Origin: Eremomyces bilateralis CBS 781.70
Taxonomy: Eukaryota
Assembly: GCA_010015585.1 (NCBI GenBank)
Contig: ML975188.1
Length of the DNA stretch: 64,000 nucleotides
Reading direction: 5' to 3' (one strand)
Made by a program: the position numbers and the translations under genes. Below, piece by piece: positions 23,401-35,316 of the stretch. The notes beneath the pieces are model-generated. The model saw only the letters and a list, made by a program, of their open reading frames with translations, ran no database searches and had not been told where the DNA came from. The number at the start of each line of letters is the position of its first letter. Positions within the stretch are counted from its first letter, which is position 1.

Positions 23401-25160
23401 TTCTTGCGCCTGGAAGCCTTGGAGCGATCCAGGAAAGCAGCCGCATCACGGTCAATGCAAAGCAGGCTTGTAACAGACAAGCACCGTCCCAGGACAAGTC
23501 GGGGAGCAACCTTTGAGAGCATAAAAGCGCGAACAATCAAAACCGTGTGTCGTGTAAGCAGCCACGGTAAATTAGCCACGTCCTCCGTTCCTCGAACAAT
23601 AATAGCTCGTAAGGGACAAACAATAGCGCTCCATCTTGTCCCAGCAAATAGCCGCTATACCACCGAGAATAACGATGTCTTGATCAACGTTAATGGGGAA
23701 TCCGGTACGGCAATATTATCCAATCATCAGCCCATCCTCCATCCCTCCATTTCCTGGACGCGAATCCGTGCTCACCTCGCAGGCATATCCCCGCCTTCCC
23801 AGGTTGGAGATTTCACCAACCAGAGTGGTCAAGCAAAGGCAGCTGGCCTCTAATCTCTCTTCAGTGTTCTCTAACTCGACCTTAAGTCTTAAGTCTCACA
23901 GCTGCGCAGGATGGCCCGGGGCCCCGTCGCCCCCAGACCTTCTGGAAGGCGACTGAAAGCTTCCATGTGGTGGTCCCTTGCATCGTCAGACTCGTCGCGG
24001 ACTGGCGTGCATGGACGGAGGACCAGCTTTCCCCTGCGTTTCATGCGGATTTGGGGGGTCCATGCTGAGAATCTGAGATGTGGTGGACATGTGGCGTTGT
24101 GGACGGAGGAAGCATGTGTAACGATGCGAGATGTTTGGCTTGATGCTACCTAGTGGAGATGGATGGGGGAGGATTCTGGAAGTTTAGATAAGCGGACTGG
24201 AGATGAAAGTCGTTCGATGTAGAGCGATTCGTGATTCCCTGGCTGCGATTTCCTATGCTAAAGGATCAAAGATGAGAGAGAACGCGGGATGGGAAGTTCA
24301 CCGGCCCGACAATCATCGTGCCAGTCAATTCCGCCGTTGTCAGCCTGTAACAAGCTTGCAGCATCGCCTAAGCCATCGGCAGCAGGCCATCCAATCATAC
24401 GTGTGGCATAATTCTCTTGCCTCGATGGCCCCCGTGTCGGGTACATTGAGGTGGGCAGCATACCGTAGTCAACGCCTTCCTGGACTCAGGTCTCTAACGG
24501 GTTCCTAAACCTTCATGTTCCAGGAAGATGTGTTTCGGACCAATGAGTTGGGATGGAGCGATCTACCCGATCGGTAGGGGAATGGTGGGACGGAGTGAGA
24601 GGGAACGTGGTTCTTGCTGGAGGGACGAGCATAGAAATACCTTAAGTCGGTCCATGCTCATCGAGGCTCGGAAAGATTTAGAAATTCGTGATACTACATC
24701 TCTTCCTTATGTGAATCCGTCTCCCATGAATATTGGGTTAATACGAAGGAACCAAACCATCCTCACGCATACCATCTCTTTCGCGTGGGATGAATCTCTC
24801 CTGATAATACCGACCGAGCCTGCACGCCATCCAAGAATAGCAGATCGAGTAGAACCAATCACAAGAACACCAACGACCGAACCGAGGACTCGAACGGGAC
24901 AGAATCGAGGTTGCTTCTGCGTTTCGTAGAGCATTCCATACTGGATATCGATAGTCCGAGGGTCATTCTCCAAAGGATACCTTACAACAACAGGATACTG
25001 GATCCGATTGAAAGAAAAAGATACTGGACGAAAATTGGACATTTTGAGGCTTAAAGATTGCATGCAACTTGAAGTGAAGGATCGGGGGCGGATTTTTGGA
25101 GAGGTCACATCATCGTAATAAGGCGAAGTTACGGATTACCCAACACCCTTTCTTCGGTCT

Positions 25161-25193
25161 TCCTGGACTCCTGGACTCTGGACTCCTGGACTC
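25161..25193. repeat. Short tandem repeat (CCTGGACT)~4
   Basis: tcctggactcctggactctggactcctggactc upstream of the C2H2 gene. Confidence 0.7.
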
Positions 25194-25653
25194 GTGACGG
25201 GATCCCCTCAGCTCGATTTGGAGAATAGCGGACCCCAACTTTGTTATTTTTCCATCTTGGGATCGTACTGGCTAAGCGTCTCCCGCCTAGCAGCATCACC
25301 AGTCACCAATCCTGGGTGGACCAACAGTGTTAGAGCAGCTGCACCACCCTGGCGGCACCAAGGCGGCAGCACCCCCGTCTTTCTCGGTCTTCCCCTGCCT
25401 GAGTACCGGGTCTTTAGCATCACCCATTCGGGCCATCCCCCCCCCCAGCCGCTGGCCTCTTGCCCTGCATCCATCTCCATTCACTCAGTCACGTCCGGAG
25501 GATTCACTCACGCTTCATCTACATCGTCCTCACTCTCCTCTCTCCTCTCCCCCCCAAAGTTCCTTCCTTTACTCTCTCCTTCGCCACCTCACCAAAGGCC
25601 TTTCTATTCCGATTTCCATCTTCCATCCTTGGATCCGGGGTTTTGATCAAAAG

Positions 25654-26211
25654 GTATGTATCCCGTTCCCTTTCCTTGTCTTGTCTATCGGGTGTGACAT
25701 GTTTGCACTCGACGCGCCCCCGAACGTTACCCAAGCGCTTTTCTTCTGTCGCAAAAAATTCTCCTTTTCACCGCCCGATGTACCTGTCGCTGCCTCCGAC
25801 CATCCGCCACCATCATCAACGCGTCCTTGCGGATGCTTCTCTCATTTGCTCTTCTCGTGCACTCTTCAACTTTCATCGGAAATCCGTGCCTTGTCACTAA
25901 CTTTCATCCCAAAAAGTTCCCAGTGACACCTCAGCATTGACCCATCGGCGGCCCCGTCTACCCCTTGAAGCGGTTCAACGGCGCCTCGAATACCGTTCCA
26001 TCACCACTCGGCTTTCACGATTCCACGATCTTAATATCATCGTTCCATCCAAACGGCCGTTTGACTGGCCTTGGGGTTCGAGAAAACACGCGACATTCCT
26101 CTTCCAAATCCCCTCCAAATCCTCCTCCAAACACAGCACGAGCTCGACCGCTCGTCGTGGCTTCCTGTTCGCCAATACATGCAGCATACCGCGTCCGACA
26201 ATAGACGTTAA
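25654..26211 (+). promoter_or_regulatory. Probable 5'-UTR intron and uORF of the C2H2 transcription factor
   Basis: Donor AAG|GTATGT at 25654, branch CACTAAC at about 25895-25901, acceptor at 25916 or 25923. uORF MQHTASDNRR* at 26179-26211. Confidence 0.5.
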
Positions 26212-26367
26212 TCCACCTGCTTAATTCACTGGTGCGCTTCACCTCACCATTTCCTCGTCAGCACTGGGACTTCCCATTATCATCACACAAATACACGCGT
26301 CGCCTCAAATTCCTTTTGTGGAGGTTTTCTGCTGGTCCGTGGATCCAGCACATCGTCCCTATCCCCC

Positions 26368-27978
26368 ATGGCTACGAGCGTACTTCCACCTGTGATGGAA
26401 CTTGGCAACATTCTCAATACTAAATCATCCGTGGCAACTGCAGGTCATCATTACATTCAATTCGAGATGCAGTCCAGCATGCCCCACGATCTCCAGCCCC
26501 AAGCGCATTACTCTCCCGCACCCTACCTGAACGGCCGCATCAAGTCGGAGACGGGTTCCGAGCGCGGCGTGTCACCTCATCCATCCGAACATTCATCCCG
26601 ATACTCCTCACAACCCGCCCAACCGATGCCGAGTTATCCTCCTCCCATGCATAATGGCTACCCGAACGATATGCGATACAATTCCCCATCACACATGCCG
26701 GTCTCGGCTGCGACCCTCCTGAACAACTTCAACCAAAGCGCCCCTGCCGACTCCATGTACCAACCGCCGCCGCCCATGCCGCCACCACATCATCAAGACG
26801 TGCAAAATGGAACCAGCGCACCACCAAAGCCGGAAGGGCCACCAAAGGCATTTGCTTGCTCGACGTGCGGCAAAGGCTTCGCTCGACGAAGTGACTTGGC
26901 TCGTCATGGTATGCCTCGAAATCGGATCTTTTCCCACAAGTCAACAGTACTGACCTTTTCCAATAGAACGGATACATAGTGGTGTTCGTCCACACGTGTG
27001 TGACTACCCCAACTGTGGTAAACAGTTCATTCAACGGTCTGCGTTGACCGTTCATATGCGCGTTCATACTGGTGAGAAGCCGCACATGTGCGAGCGATGT
27101 GGAAAGGTAAGATCAACATTCACATCATTGTCTTCGCTTCATTAACATAAATGTAGCCGTTCAGTGACTCCAGCTCTTTGGCCCGCCATCGCCGTATCCA
27201 CTCTGGCAAACGTCCGTACAAGTGCCCATACGCCGATTGCCAAAAGACCTTCACCCGACGCACCACCCTCACCCGCCACCAAAACCATCATACGGGCACG
27301 GTTGAAGAAGCCGCCGCTGCGACAGCCGCTGCCCTTGCCTCTCGTGCATCTGCCCCCTCCCGCTCCGCTCGCTCCGACGTCGATGATTTCTCCGAGCACG
27401 CCTCTCCCCTCCCCACTCCCTCTCCTAATGAACGAACGCTCTCCCTTTCCCCGGCGGCCGGCATGCCCGTCGTCCCCAACATGCATCGCGGGCCCGGGCC
27501 CCAGGAATACACCTACATGAGCAACCTGGCCGGCGTGCCTCCCCACCTCCGCCCCACCATGCAACAACCCTCCCCGCGCTCCTCCCCCGCCCTAACCACG
27601 CAATCCTACAACTCCACCGTCTCCTCCGGTGGTCGTCCCTCGCTGACCTCCCACCCGTCCGCCTACGGACCGCCTCAGGTCCTCGAGCCACCCACCACCG
27701 CAAACCACCCGCACGGACAGACCAGCGGACCCGGCAGCGTGAACGGCAGCCCCCACATGGGCCACGTAGGATGGCAGAGCCCGTCGCAGCAACCGCTTCC
27801 TTCACCGGGCGCGGCGGACGGCTTCGTGTATCCGGAACCGGGATACGGACAGCAGGCGCCGAACATGTACTATCCGAACTCGAACATCCGGAGGCCGCAG
27901 AGCACCGAGCCGGATCAATATAATCCGAACCAGGCACGGATGGCGCACGATGTATGGGGGGCGACGACGGTGCAGTAA
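26368..27978 (+). CDS. C2H2 zinc-finger transcription factor with four tandem fingers
   Basis: Exons 26368-26908, 26967-27106, 27157-27978. Fingers CSTC..HERIH, CDYPNC..HMRVH, CERC..HRRIH, CPYADC..HQNHH with TGEKP-type linkers; P/S/Q-rich flanks. Confidence 0.92.
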
Positions 27979-30075
27979 TTGTGCAGAGGTGCGATCGATG
28001 TCGTCGTATGGATTATATGGACCGACGTGGCGTGAAAGGAGCGGACAACATGGCATAAGGGCACTACTGGCGCGTTTTTTCCTTTTTTGAATCATCTTCA
28101 TTCCGTTCCCATCTTGTATTTGTAGACCTTGTACGATTACGGCGGAAGGGCGCGAAAGAAAAAAGGGGACACGGAAACCGGATTCGGGCATTCATCGTCT
28201 TTTTTCCTCCTGCTTTTTCATGTCAACTTTGCTTCGAGTTTTTTCTCTCAAAAACTTCCTTTCTCTGTATCGCGGACTGATACCCCCCGCGGATTTGTAC
28301 GACGTTTCTTTTGATAATTCGGAGAACTTTCCGGGCTCATCATCCTGTCATTACTACGACTACTACTACTATCACACGCCAACCGCTCCTCGGCAACCCC
28401 TAGAATATCTCCTATTGTATCTGTGTGCCTTCCCTACTTACATGTGTCTTTTTTCCCTTTTCTGTTTGGTTTCGATCGTCGATGGTTCGCGAGAGGGCGG
28501 AGTTTTCGCCGGTCTCGGGATTGATATGGGGATTTCGGTCTCGTCCCCTTTTACACGGATTACCATCTCGCGTGCTGCGCTGCAACAACTGTACTGTACC
28601 GCGTCTCCCGTTCCCGAACCCATCTTTTTCTCTGTGAGAGTAACACTTAATTTGCAAAATACACGGCTCAATATCGACGCGGGATGATGTCGGGTGAGGT
28701 GACAGCAACGGATGGACGAGGATTGCAAGACGTCGAAGACCAAGAGGATCAAAAGGGGTGGCAAGAGTGATTGATGCGAACTAATCAGACGGGCCTTTGG
28801 TATTCTCACATGTGGAGTGCGTGGGACATGGGCCGCAGGGCCTGTGGTTATTAGTGAAATATGAGTTTCTTTTATAATGCTTCATTCATGGTTGCTATTG
28901 TTGACGGGTGATTGATATGTGAATGTCGGTACCTTGTGATTGGAATACCGGATTCAATATGAATGGGAGCCATGGGCCATCTATCTACGGTACTCCTACG
29001 ATCTTGTATACTTTACTATACGATCCAAGACTCCTGGTAATATGGTATACATCGGGTACTTTCACCAGGTACTATCACCAAGTACTATCACCATGCACAA
29101 CCACTGTTCATTCAATCCGACATTGGAAAGCCGTGTCCTCGTTTTTAAACCTTGATGATTCCCCTCTCCTTTGAAATTCTCTAAACCCCAACTTCCATTA
29201 CAGAGGACTGGAGCGAGAGTTTGGGGGATATCTACGGAGTAGAGAATCATATAACTATCCAAAGACGATCCGATAATTTTCCCCATTGATCGACACTGGT
29301 ACCTGAGCGACCATCCTCCGATCCTCTCCCAATTACCTAATTCCAACCCCACCGTTATTATTTCAGATTGCAGTGGTTCTTGGCCTGCCTAGAGTCCACG
29401 ACGCTCACTCGCCACATCCCAGAATCTGTACGGTCATCTATGATCTATCAGCGCTGAGTTGCTGACGCACGCGGCGCCACGTTTGACGACGACGCTCGTG
29501 CTGTCGTCTGTTCCATCGCTCTGCATCGCCAAATCCATCGATAAAGCTGTGACATCCGCGCGACCAACTCCCAACGAGCCACAAGACTTAAAGCTCCAGG
29601 ATTTACCTATTTGGATTGCGTGTGCACCCAACATTGGTTACGAATTGTGACAGTTGTGTCGGACTTGGGCGCACGGCCGGTGACGGAGGAAGCCTTTAGC
29701 GGGTTAGCCCTTATTAGTGGAGCAGCAGAGCGTTGACCTCACCGACGCCTCACAACCTCACATCCGACTTCACTCGGCTCCAGCACTACTGATACTACCA
29801 TCGCGTCATCACTTGTTCATTTCAACTCTTAATTTCACACTCCTGCTCCTGTGCCCACACATATTCCAGGTCGCTCCGATCAACCACCGCTTCGGCCCAA
29901 CGATAGCGAGGAGCCACCGCCGCATTCGATACCCGGATTTCACTCCCTTGACTTGCGGTGCCCGACCCGCCGAACTCCTTGGACACCCCGAACGACGAGC
30001 AAGCGACGGAAACCCAGCGACGTACACGCCAACGCGATTCTAGTGCGCAACCGGGAACACGACTAGCGAACCGCC

Positions 30076-32085
30076 ATGTCGAAGGTCGTGCGGAGCGTGA
30101 AGAATGTCACGAAGGGGTATTCGACCCCAGAGATCAAGGTCCGGAATGGTGAGTTGATGCGAGATGATGCCGCTCCCCAGATCGGAGAGAGGCGGATGAT
30201 GCGAACGGAAAATGGATGGTGGCTGACGATGGCGTGCAGCGACAAGCAATGATCCGTGGGGACCGGTTGGCGGGGATATGGCGGAGATCGCACAGATGAC
30301 CTTCAATGAGTGAGTTGCTTTCCCTGCCAGATATTCTTCGAGTCGCGACACCGGATGGCGTCTGCAGGAATACGACGAATGTCCAAGCTCGAGGTGTAGA
30401 TTATGGCTAACGTCTGGGACAGCTCTCAAACGTTCCAGCATATCATGGACATGCTTGACAAGCGATTGAACGATAAAGGGAAGAACTGGCGCCACGTCCT
30501 CAAGTCGCTGAAGGTGTTGGATTATATCCTGCATGAAGGATCCGAGTTGGTGGTGACGTGGGCGCGAAAGAACATTTACATCATCCGAACGTTGAGGGAA
30601 TTCCAACATATCGACGAGGATGGGAGAGATGTGGGGCAGAACAGTATGGATTGGCGCTACTTGACATGGTGATATGGCACTAATCGTTAATCGCCAGTCC
30701 GCGTCTCCGCGAAGGAACTCACCGCCCTCATCATGGACGAGGAGAGACTCCGCGTCGAGCGACAGGATCGCAAGTCGTGGAAATCCCGTGTGACCGGCAT
30801 CGAGGAATTCGGGCCCCGAGGCAGCGGGGACGGTGACGCACCCTACGAGGAGCCCCGCCGGGCACGCACGGGCGAACGTCGCCCGCGTCGCAATGATGAA
30901 GAAGATCTGGAATACAAGCTAGCGATCGAAGCGAGCATGAACGAGGCGGAAGAGGAGGCGAAGCGACGCGCCAAGGCCACTGGCACCGAAGACGATGCCG
31001 ATCTACAGAAGGCGCTCAATCTCAGCCGCGAGGAAGAGGAACGCCGTCGGAAAGAGTTGGAGGATTCGAACAATTCCCTCCTGATCGACGATTCGACGCC
31101 GGCCTCGCAACCGGCCCAGGCGCAGCCTACGGGATGGAACCAGGGATATCAGCAACAAGGCGCGGTGGACTGGTATGGCAATCTTCTCAATCAGCAGCAA
31201 CAGCAGCAGCAGCCACAGCCGACCGGATTTATGGCCGCGCAACAAACCGGAATGCCAGGCTACGCCAATGGTTTCGGATATCAGCCAGCGCAACCCACCG
31301 GTTACGACCTCAACCAGCAGAGCCAACCGTACGTGCAACCGCAGCAGACCGCCTTTGGGACGACCAATCCATACGCTCAACAAGCGTCGCAACAGCCGCA
31401 ACCAGCGCAACCAACCAATGGCTTCGGCGACTTCGGCAGCCAACAACAGCAACAGAACCTGTCTCCCGGTACGAACAACCCATGGGCCGGCACCTCGAAC
31501 ACCACCGACTCCCTCCAACCGCAACCGACCGGCAGCAACAACCCCTTCGCGCAACCCTCCTTCGCTCGCCCCTCCACCGCCCAACCCCGCCTCACCAACC
31601 CCCTCACCTCCCTCGACGAATCCAAACCCACCACCTTCCCCACCACCTACACCCAACCCACCCCCTTCACCCAACCCTCCCCCTTCACCCAACCCTCCTC
31701 CAACCCCTTCCCCTCCCCACCCCCCCAACAACAACCCCAACCCCACCCCTCCGACCCCCACCACGCCCGCCTCAACACCCTCCTCGCCTCCGGCGACGGC
31801 CAAGACACCTTCGGCAACGTCGGCGACCTGCGCATCCCTGCGCAGCACACCGCGCCCGGAACCTTCGTCAACAGCGCCGGCGCCGGTATCAACGCCCTCG
31901 GCGCGAACCAGACGGGGAACAACCCGTTTATGCAGGGACAGTTTACGGGAGTGGGTGGCGGACCCGGGCAACAGCGCGTGGCGCCCGCGCAGACGGGGCC
32001 GGCGGCGGGGTATGGAGGGTCGGCTAATCCGTTTGGGAGGGGGCAGGGGCAGGGAGGGCCGGGGACAAGTTTGATTGATTTGTGA
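30076..32085 (+). CDS. ent1: Epsin (ENTH domain, UIMs, NPF motifs, clathrin box)
   Basis: Introns 30149-30239, 30310-30422, 30644-30697. MSKVVRSVKNVTKGYS..ATSNDPWGP..KGKNWRHVLK, two UIMs, QPTG repeats, NPF motifs, C-terminal LIDL. Confidence 0.94.
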
Positions 32086-33170
32086 CGGGGATGATAGGTG
32101 GGTGAGATGGAAGAAAGGAAATGGAGAAGTGGATGAGAGTTCTTGCCTTTTGTTCGATGATTTCGCCGTGGTGCTATACGTCGCGTGGGACGGGACGACG
32201 GCACGGTCCCGTCGTTTCGTCGAGTTGGAAGCCTATTCTTTTCTGCTACGCCTCGCTTGCATGGATGTGGATGGACGTCCCGCAATGTTTTGTCGGGTTG
32301 GATTTCTACGGTCCGCCCTTTCGGGTCGAGGGGCCGTTCTGATCGCCGAGTTTCAACGCGCCTTTCTGAGTCAAGGGGATTGACCCGGAGGGATCGTTTG
32401 ACAGGTTCGAGTTTTCTTTTGTTGATGGGCTGTGGGTTTGGTTTGGGATAGAGACGGACAGACAGACAGACCGAATGGATGCCTGTGCGAAGTTTTACCT
32501 GAAGTTTTACCTGACGAAGGGGGGAGAAATCTCTCCGCTGAACAATCTATCGTTGTGTTTCGAAGCCCCTGGGCTAAACTTGATAAATTTATACCTGGTT
32601 TCGTTCGGATCGAGTAATCATCTTATCGAGTGTTTAATCATGAGCATATAGTAGTAGTATCGCCTCCCTGATCCGGATAGAGGATTGTAGGGACCTAACC
32701 GCGGTTTATATCGTAGATTTTACTTTGACCTCCCGACAAGAAGAATTAGAAACTTGCGAGCCTCTGAGGGTTGAGGCGGGTTGAAATGGATTGGTTCTCG
32801 AAGAAAAGGGACGGCATCGTCATCGAATTGTTCAATGTATTGCGCTCTATGGTACGCATCTTGTCGATTCTACTCCAACAACTCCATTTATTCGAAGAAA
32901 CACCTTTTGCCTTTCGGCTTTTGCCTGCTCTCGCTCCTCCCGTTCGTCAATCAAAACCATGCACCCGGCAATGTAGCGGAATACGACATGCCAGGCAACC
33001 CCCCAGACGCAAATTCAAAGTCCGGACCAGAATCCTCAAACAACCCCATAACCTCCAAGTAATCCTCCTCAAAGTCGCTGTAAGGCGGTTCCGAGCCACT
33101 GCGATCCATCTCACTCTTCTGCTTCTTCACCGGCTCCTGCTTCTTCTCTACACACATCGACATTCAGCAA

Positions 33171-34631
33171 TCAATCATCAAACTTGATCCCATTGAACGA
33201 CGCCGTATCAATATACCCACCCCGATACGCCCCCCGCTTCTTCTTATTCTTCTCCTTCGTGAACCCCTTCCCCTTCGTCACCGACAGGTCCTCGTACGCC
33301 CGGTTCGCATAGTCGTACGGCACGTACTTATTCGACGCGAACTTTCCGTCGACCTTTGTGTCGGCGGGGATGCGGGAGAACCGGGCCTGAGGCGTCCTTT
33401 TGCCGCTGTTGTTGCCGGCGGTGGGAGTGGGGGCGCCGCTCGCGGGCGAGGGGAAGGCGATGCCGCTTTCCCGGCGGATCTGCGCGCCAGGGGTGTCGAT
33501 GGCGTCGAGCATGGCGCGGCGGGAGGGGTGGAAATTGGGCGACGAGGTGCGTTCGAGGGTTTGGCTGGAGTCGGAGGAGTCCTTGCGGGTCAGAGATGGG
33601 CGGGCGGAAGATTTGGGGGTCGCTTCGACTTTGGGCTGGTTGGGGGTCTTCGGTTTCGGTTCGGCCTTCTGCTTGGGGGTCTTCGGTTTCGCTTTGGCGC
33701 TGTCAGAGTCGCTGTCGGAAGAGTCGCTGCCGGAGTCACTGCTGGAATCATCGCTGGAGGAGCTGCTTGATTTGTCTGCTTCGGAGTCGGACGAAGAGTC
33801 GGATGAGCTGGTTTTCTTCTCGCTCTCGGATTCGTCGTCGGAACTGGAACTGTCGCTTGAGGAGCTGGAGCTGTCCTTGACGGGTGCGGCAGCGGCGGAT
33901 TTCACCGAGGCAGAAGATCCGGTGGAAGTAGAGGAGTCGGAATCGGAGTCGGATTCGGAAGAGCTCGACGAGCTGGGCGACTGAACTCGTGCGCGCTTCT
34001 GCTTCGGCGCGCTGGACGCAGACGAGTCGGAGCTGGAGCTGGAGTCGGACGCAGAGCTAGACGATGAGGACTCGGAAGACACGGATTCGGAGCGTTTGCG
34101 CTTGAGGGAAGCAGCGGGTTTGGTCTCGACTTTTTCCTCTTTTTCCTCGGACTCGGACGACGACTCGGACGACGACTCGGAGGACGACTCGGACGACGAC
34201 TCTGAAGACGAGTTCGCCTCGGACTCATCCGTCAGGTTCATGCTCTTGCTGGGTTCATCCTCCTCGGCTTCTGATTCCGATTCCGAACTGGAATCCTCTT
34301 TCTTCGAGGTACCAGGGATAGCCTGGTCAATCTCGCGATCCTCCTGCCATTCATCAAATATCTCCTTCAGCTTAGGAAGGCTTTTCGCGGTGTCCTTCAA
34401 AGGCACTTCCTTCTCCTCGGCCACCTTCTTGAGTTTTAGCGCCGCGCCAGTATAGCCGTGTTCGTGGAGGAATTGGTGAACGAGGCCGACAAGTGCCGGA
34501 GGAGCGGCCTCAGATTTGGCTGGTTTTTGCTGGACGGTTTTCGGTTCGGCTTGTTTCTTGGTTTTAGACGCAACTGAGCCTTTCGGACGATCTTTGCGAC
34601 CTTGGGCCTTGACTTTCTTTTCGGAGGCCAT
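33171..34631 (-). CDS. srp40: Srp40/Nopp140-like nucleolar phosphoprotein
   Basis: LisH-like LVHQFLHEHGY, long Ser/acidic repeats, SRP40 C-terminal motif DLSVTKGKGFTKEKNKKKRGAYRGGYID..IKFDD. Confidence 0.92.
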   Translation of the reverse strand: MASEKKVKAQGRKDRPKGSVASKTKKQAEPKTVQQKPAKSEAAPPALVGLVHQFLHEHGYTGAALKLKKVAEEKEVPLKDTAKSLPKLKEIFDEWQEDREIDQAIPGTSKKEDSSSESESEAEEDEPSKSMNLTDESEANSSSESSSESSSESSSESSSESEEKEEKVETKPAASLKRKRSESVSSESSSSSSASDSSSSSDSSASSAPKQKRARVQSPSSSSSSESDSDSDSSTSTGSSASVKSAAAAPVKDSSSSSSDSSSSDDESESEKKTSSSDSSSDSEADKSSSSSSDDSSSDSGSDSSDSDSDSAKAKPKTPKQKAEPKPKTPNQPKVEATPKSSARPSLTRKDSSDSSQTLERTSSPNFHPSRRAMLDAIDTPGAQIRRESGIAFPSPASGAPTPTAGNNSGKRTPQARFSRIPADTKVDGKFASNKYVPYDYANRAYEDLSVTKGKGFTKEKNKKKRGAYRGGYIDTASFNGIKFDD

Positions 34632-34785
34632 CTCGAGAGCTCTAGAAAACTGGCAGATCCCAAAAAGTGGTGGCGTAACTTAGCGAGTGTCGGGAACAAA
34701 GAGCCAACGTGATTTTGGGAGGGTTAAGGTTTGTGTGAGTGAGCGGAAGGAAAAAGGAAAGTTTGATATCGCGAAAGATGAAATG

Positions 34786-34796
34786 TGAAAAAAATT
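34786..34796. promoter_or_regulatory. RRPE-like element in the SRP40 promoter
   Basis: TGAAAAAAATT about 155 bp upstream of a ribosome-biogenesis gene. Confidence 0.35.
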
Positions 34797-35316
34797 GGGG
34801 GTGAAGCAAAGTTTGGGACCAGGGTGTTCGCTATTTTCTTGAACTAGTCCATATAAGGTAAAGCGCTGTAAATAATGTTTATGCCTGAGGCTACAAGGTG
34901 TCTTCATCTCCAGCTGGTTGTGTCGTGCTACGGCCGAATACGTGACGTCCGCGTTGCTAGACATCACGTCCGCCTTCAATACCATGATCATCAGAACTTG
35001 ATATCTAGACGTCTGGAGCTGAGCTGGCAAACCACTCCGCTTCTTCATCGTCCGCCATTGCTCCTCTCAATTGGATTTCACACAGAGCTACCCAATTTGG
35101 ATATCGCACTCCTTTACCAGTTAACCATTCCCATCCGGCATCCGGCCGTCCAGGAGAGCAGAGAGTGTTCACCTACCCAGACGAATCGCATGATGATCCC
35201 CGCGACCATTCACCGAACGCTGGATCCAAGACCCTGATCATACACTGAGTGGAAGGCTATGAGTTGAGATTGCGCTCGAAAAAGTTATCTCCCACATTAC
35301 TGCGCTTCAATAGGGG

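Noticed and set aside
31003..32285. Long overlapping and antisense ORFs over epsin (likewise over the ATG14-like gene, btgE and catalase)
   Set aside because: Explained by extreme C/G skew and high GC removing stop codons from alternative frames.
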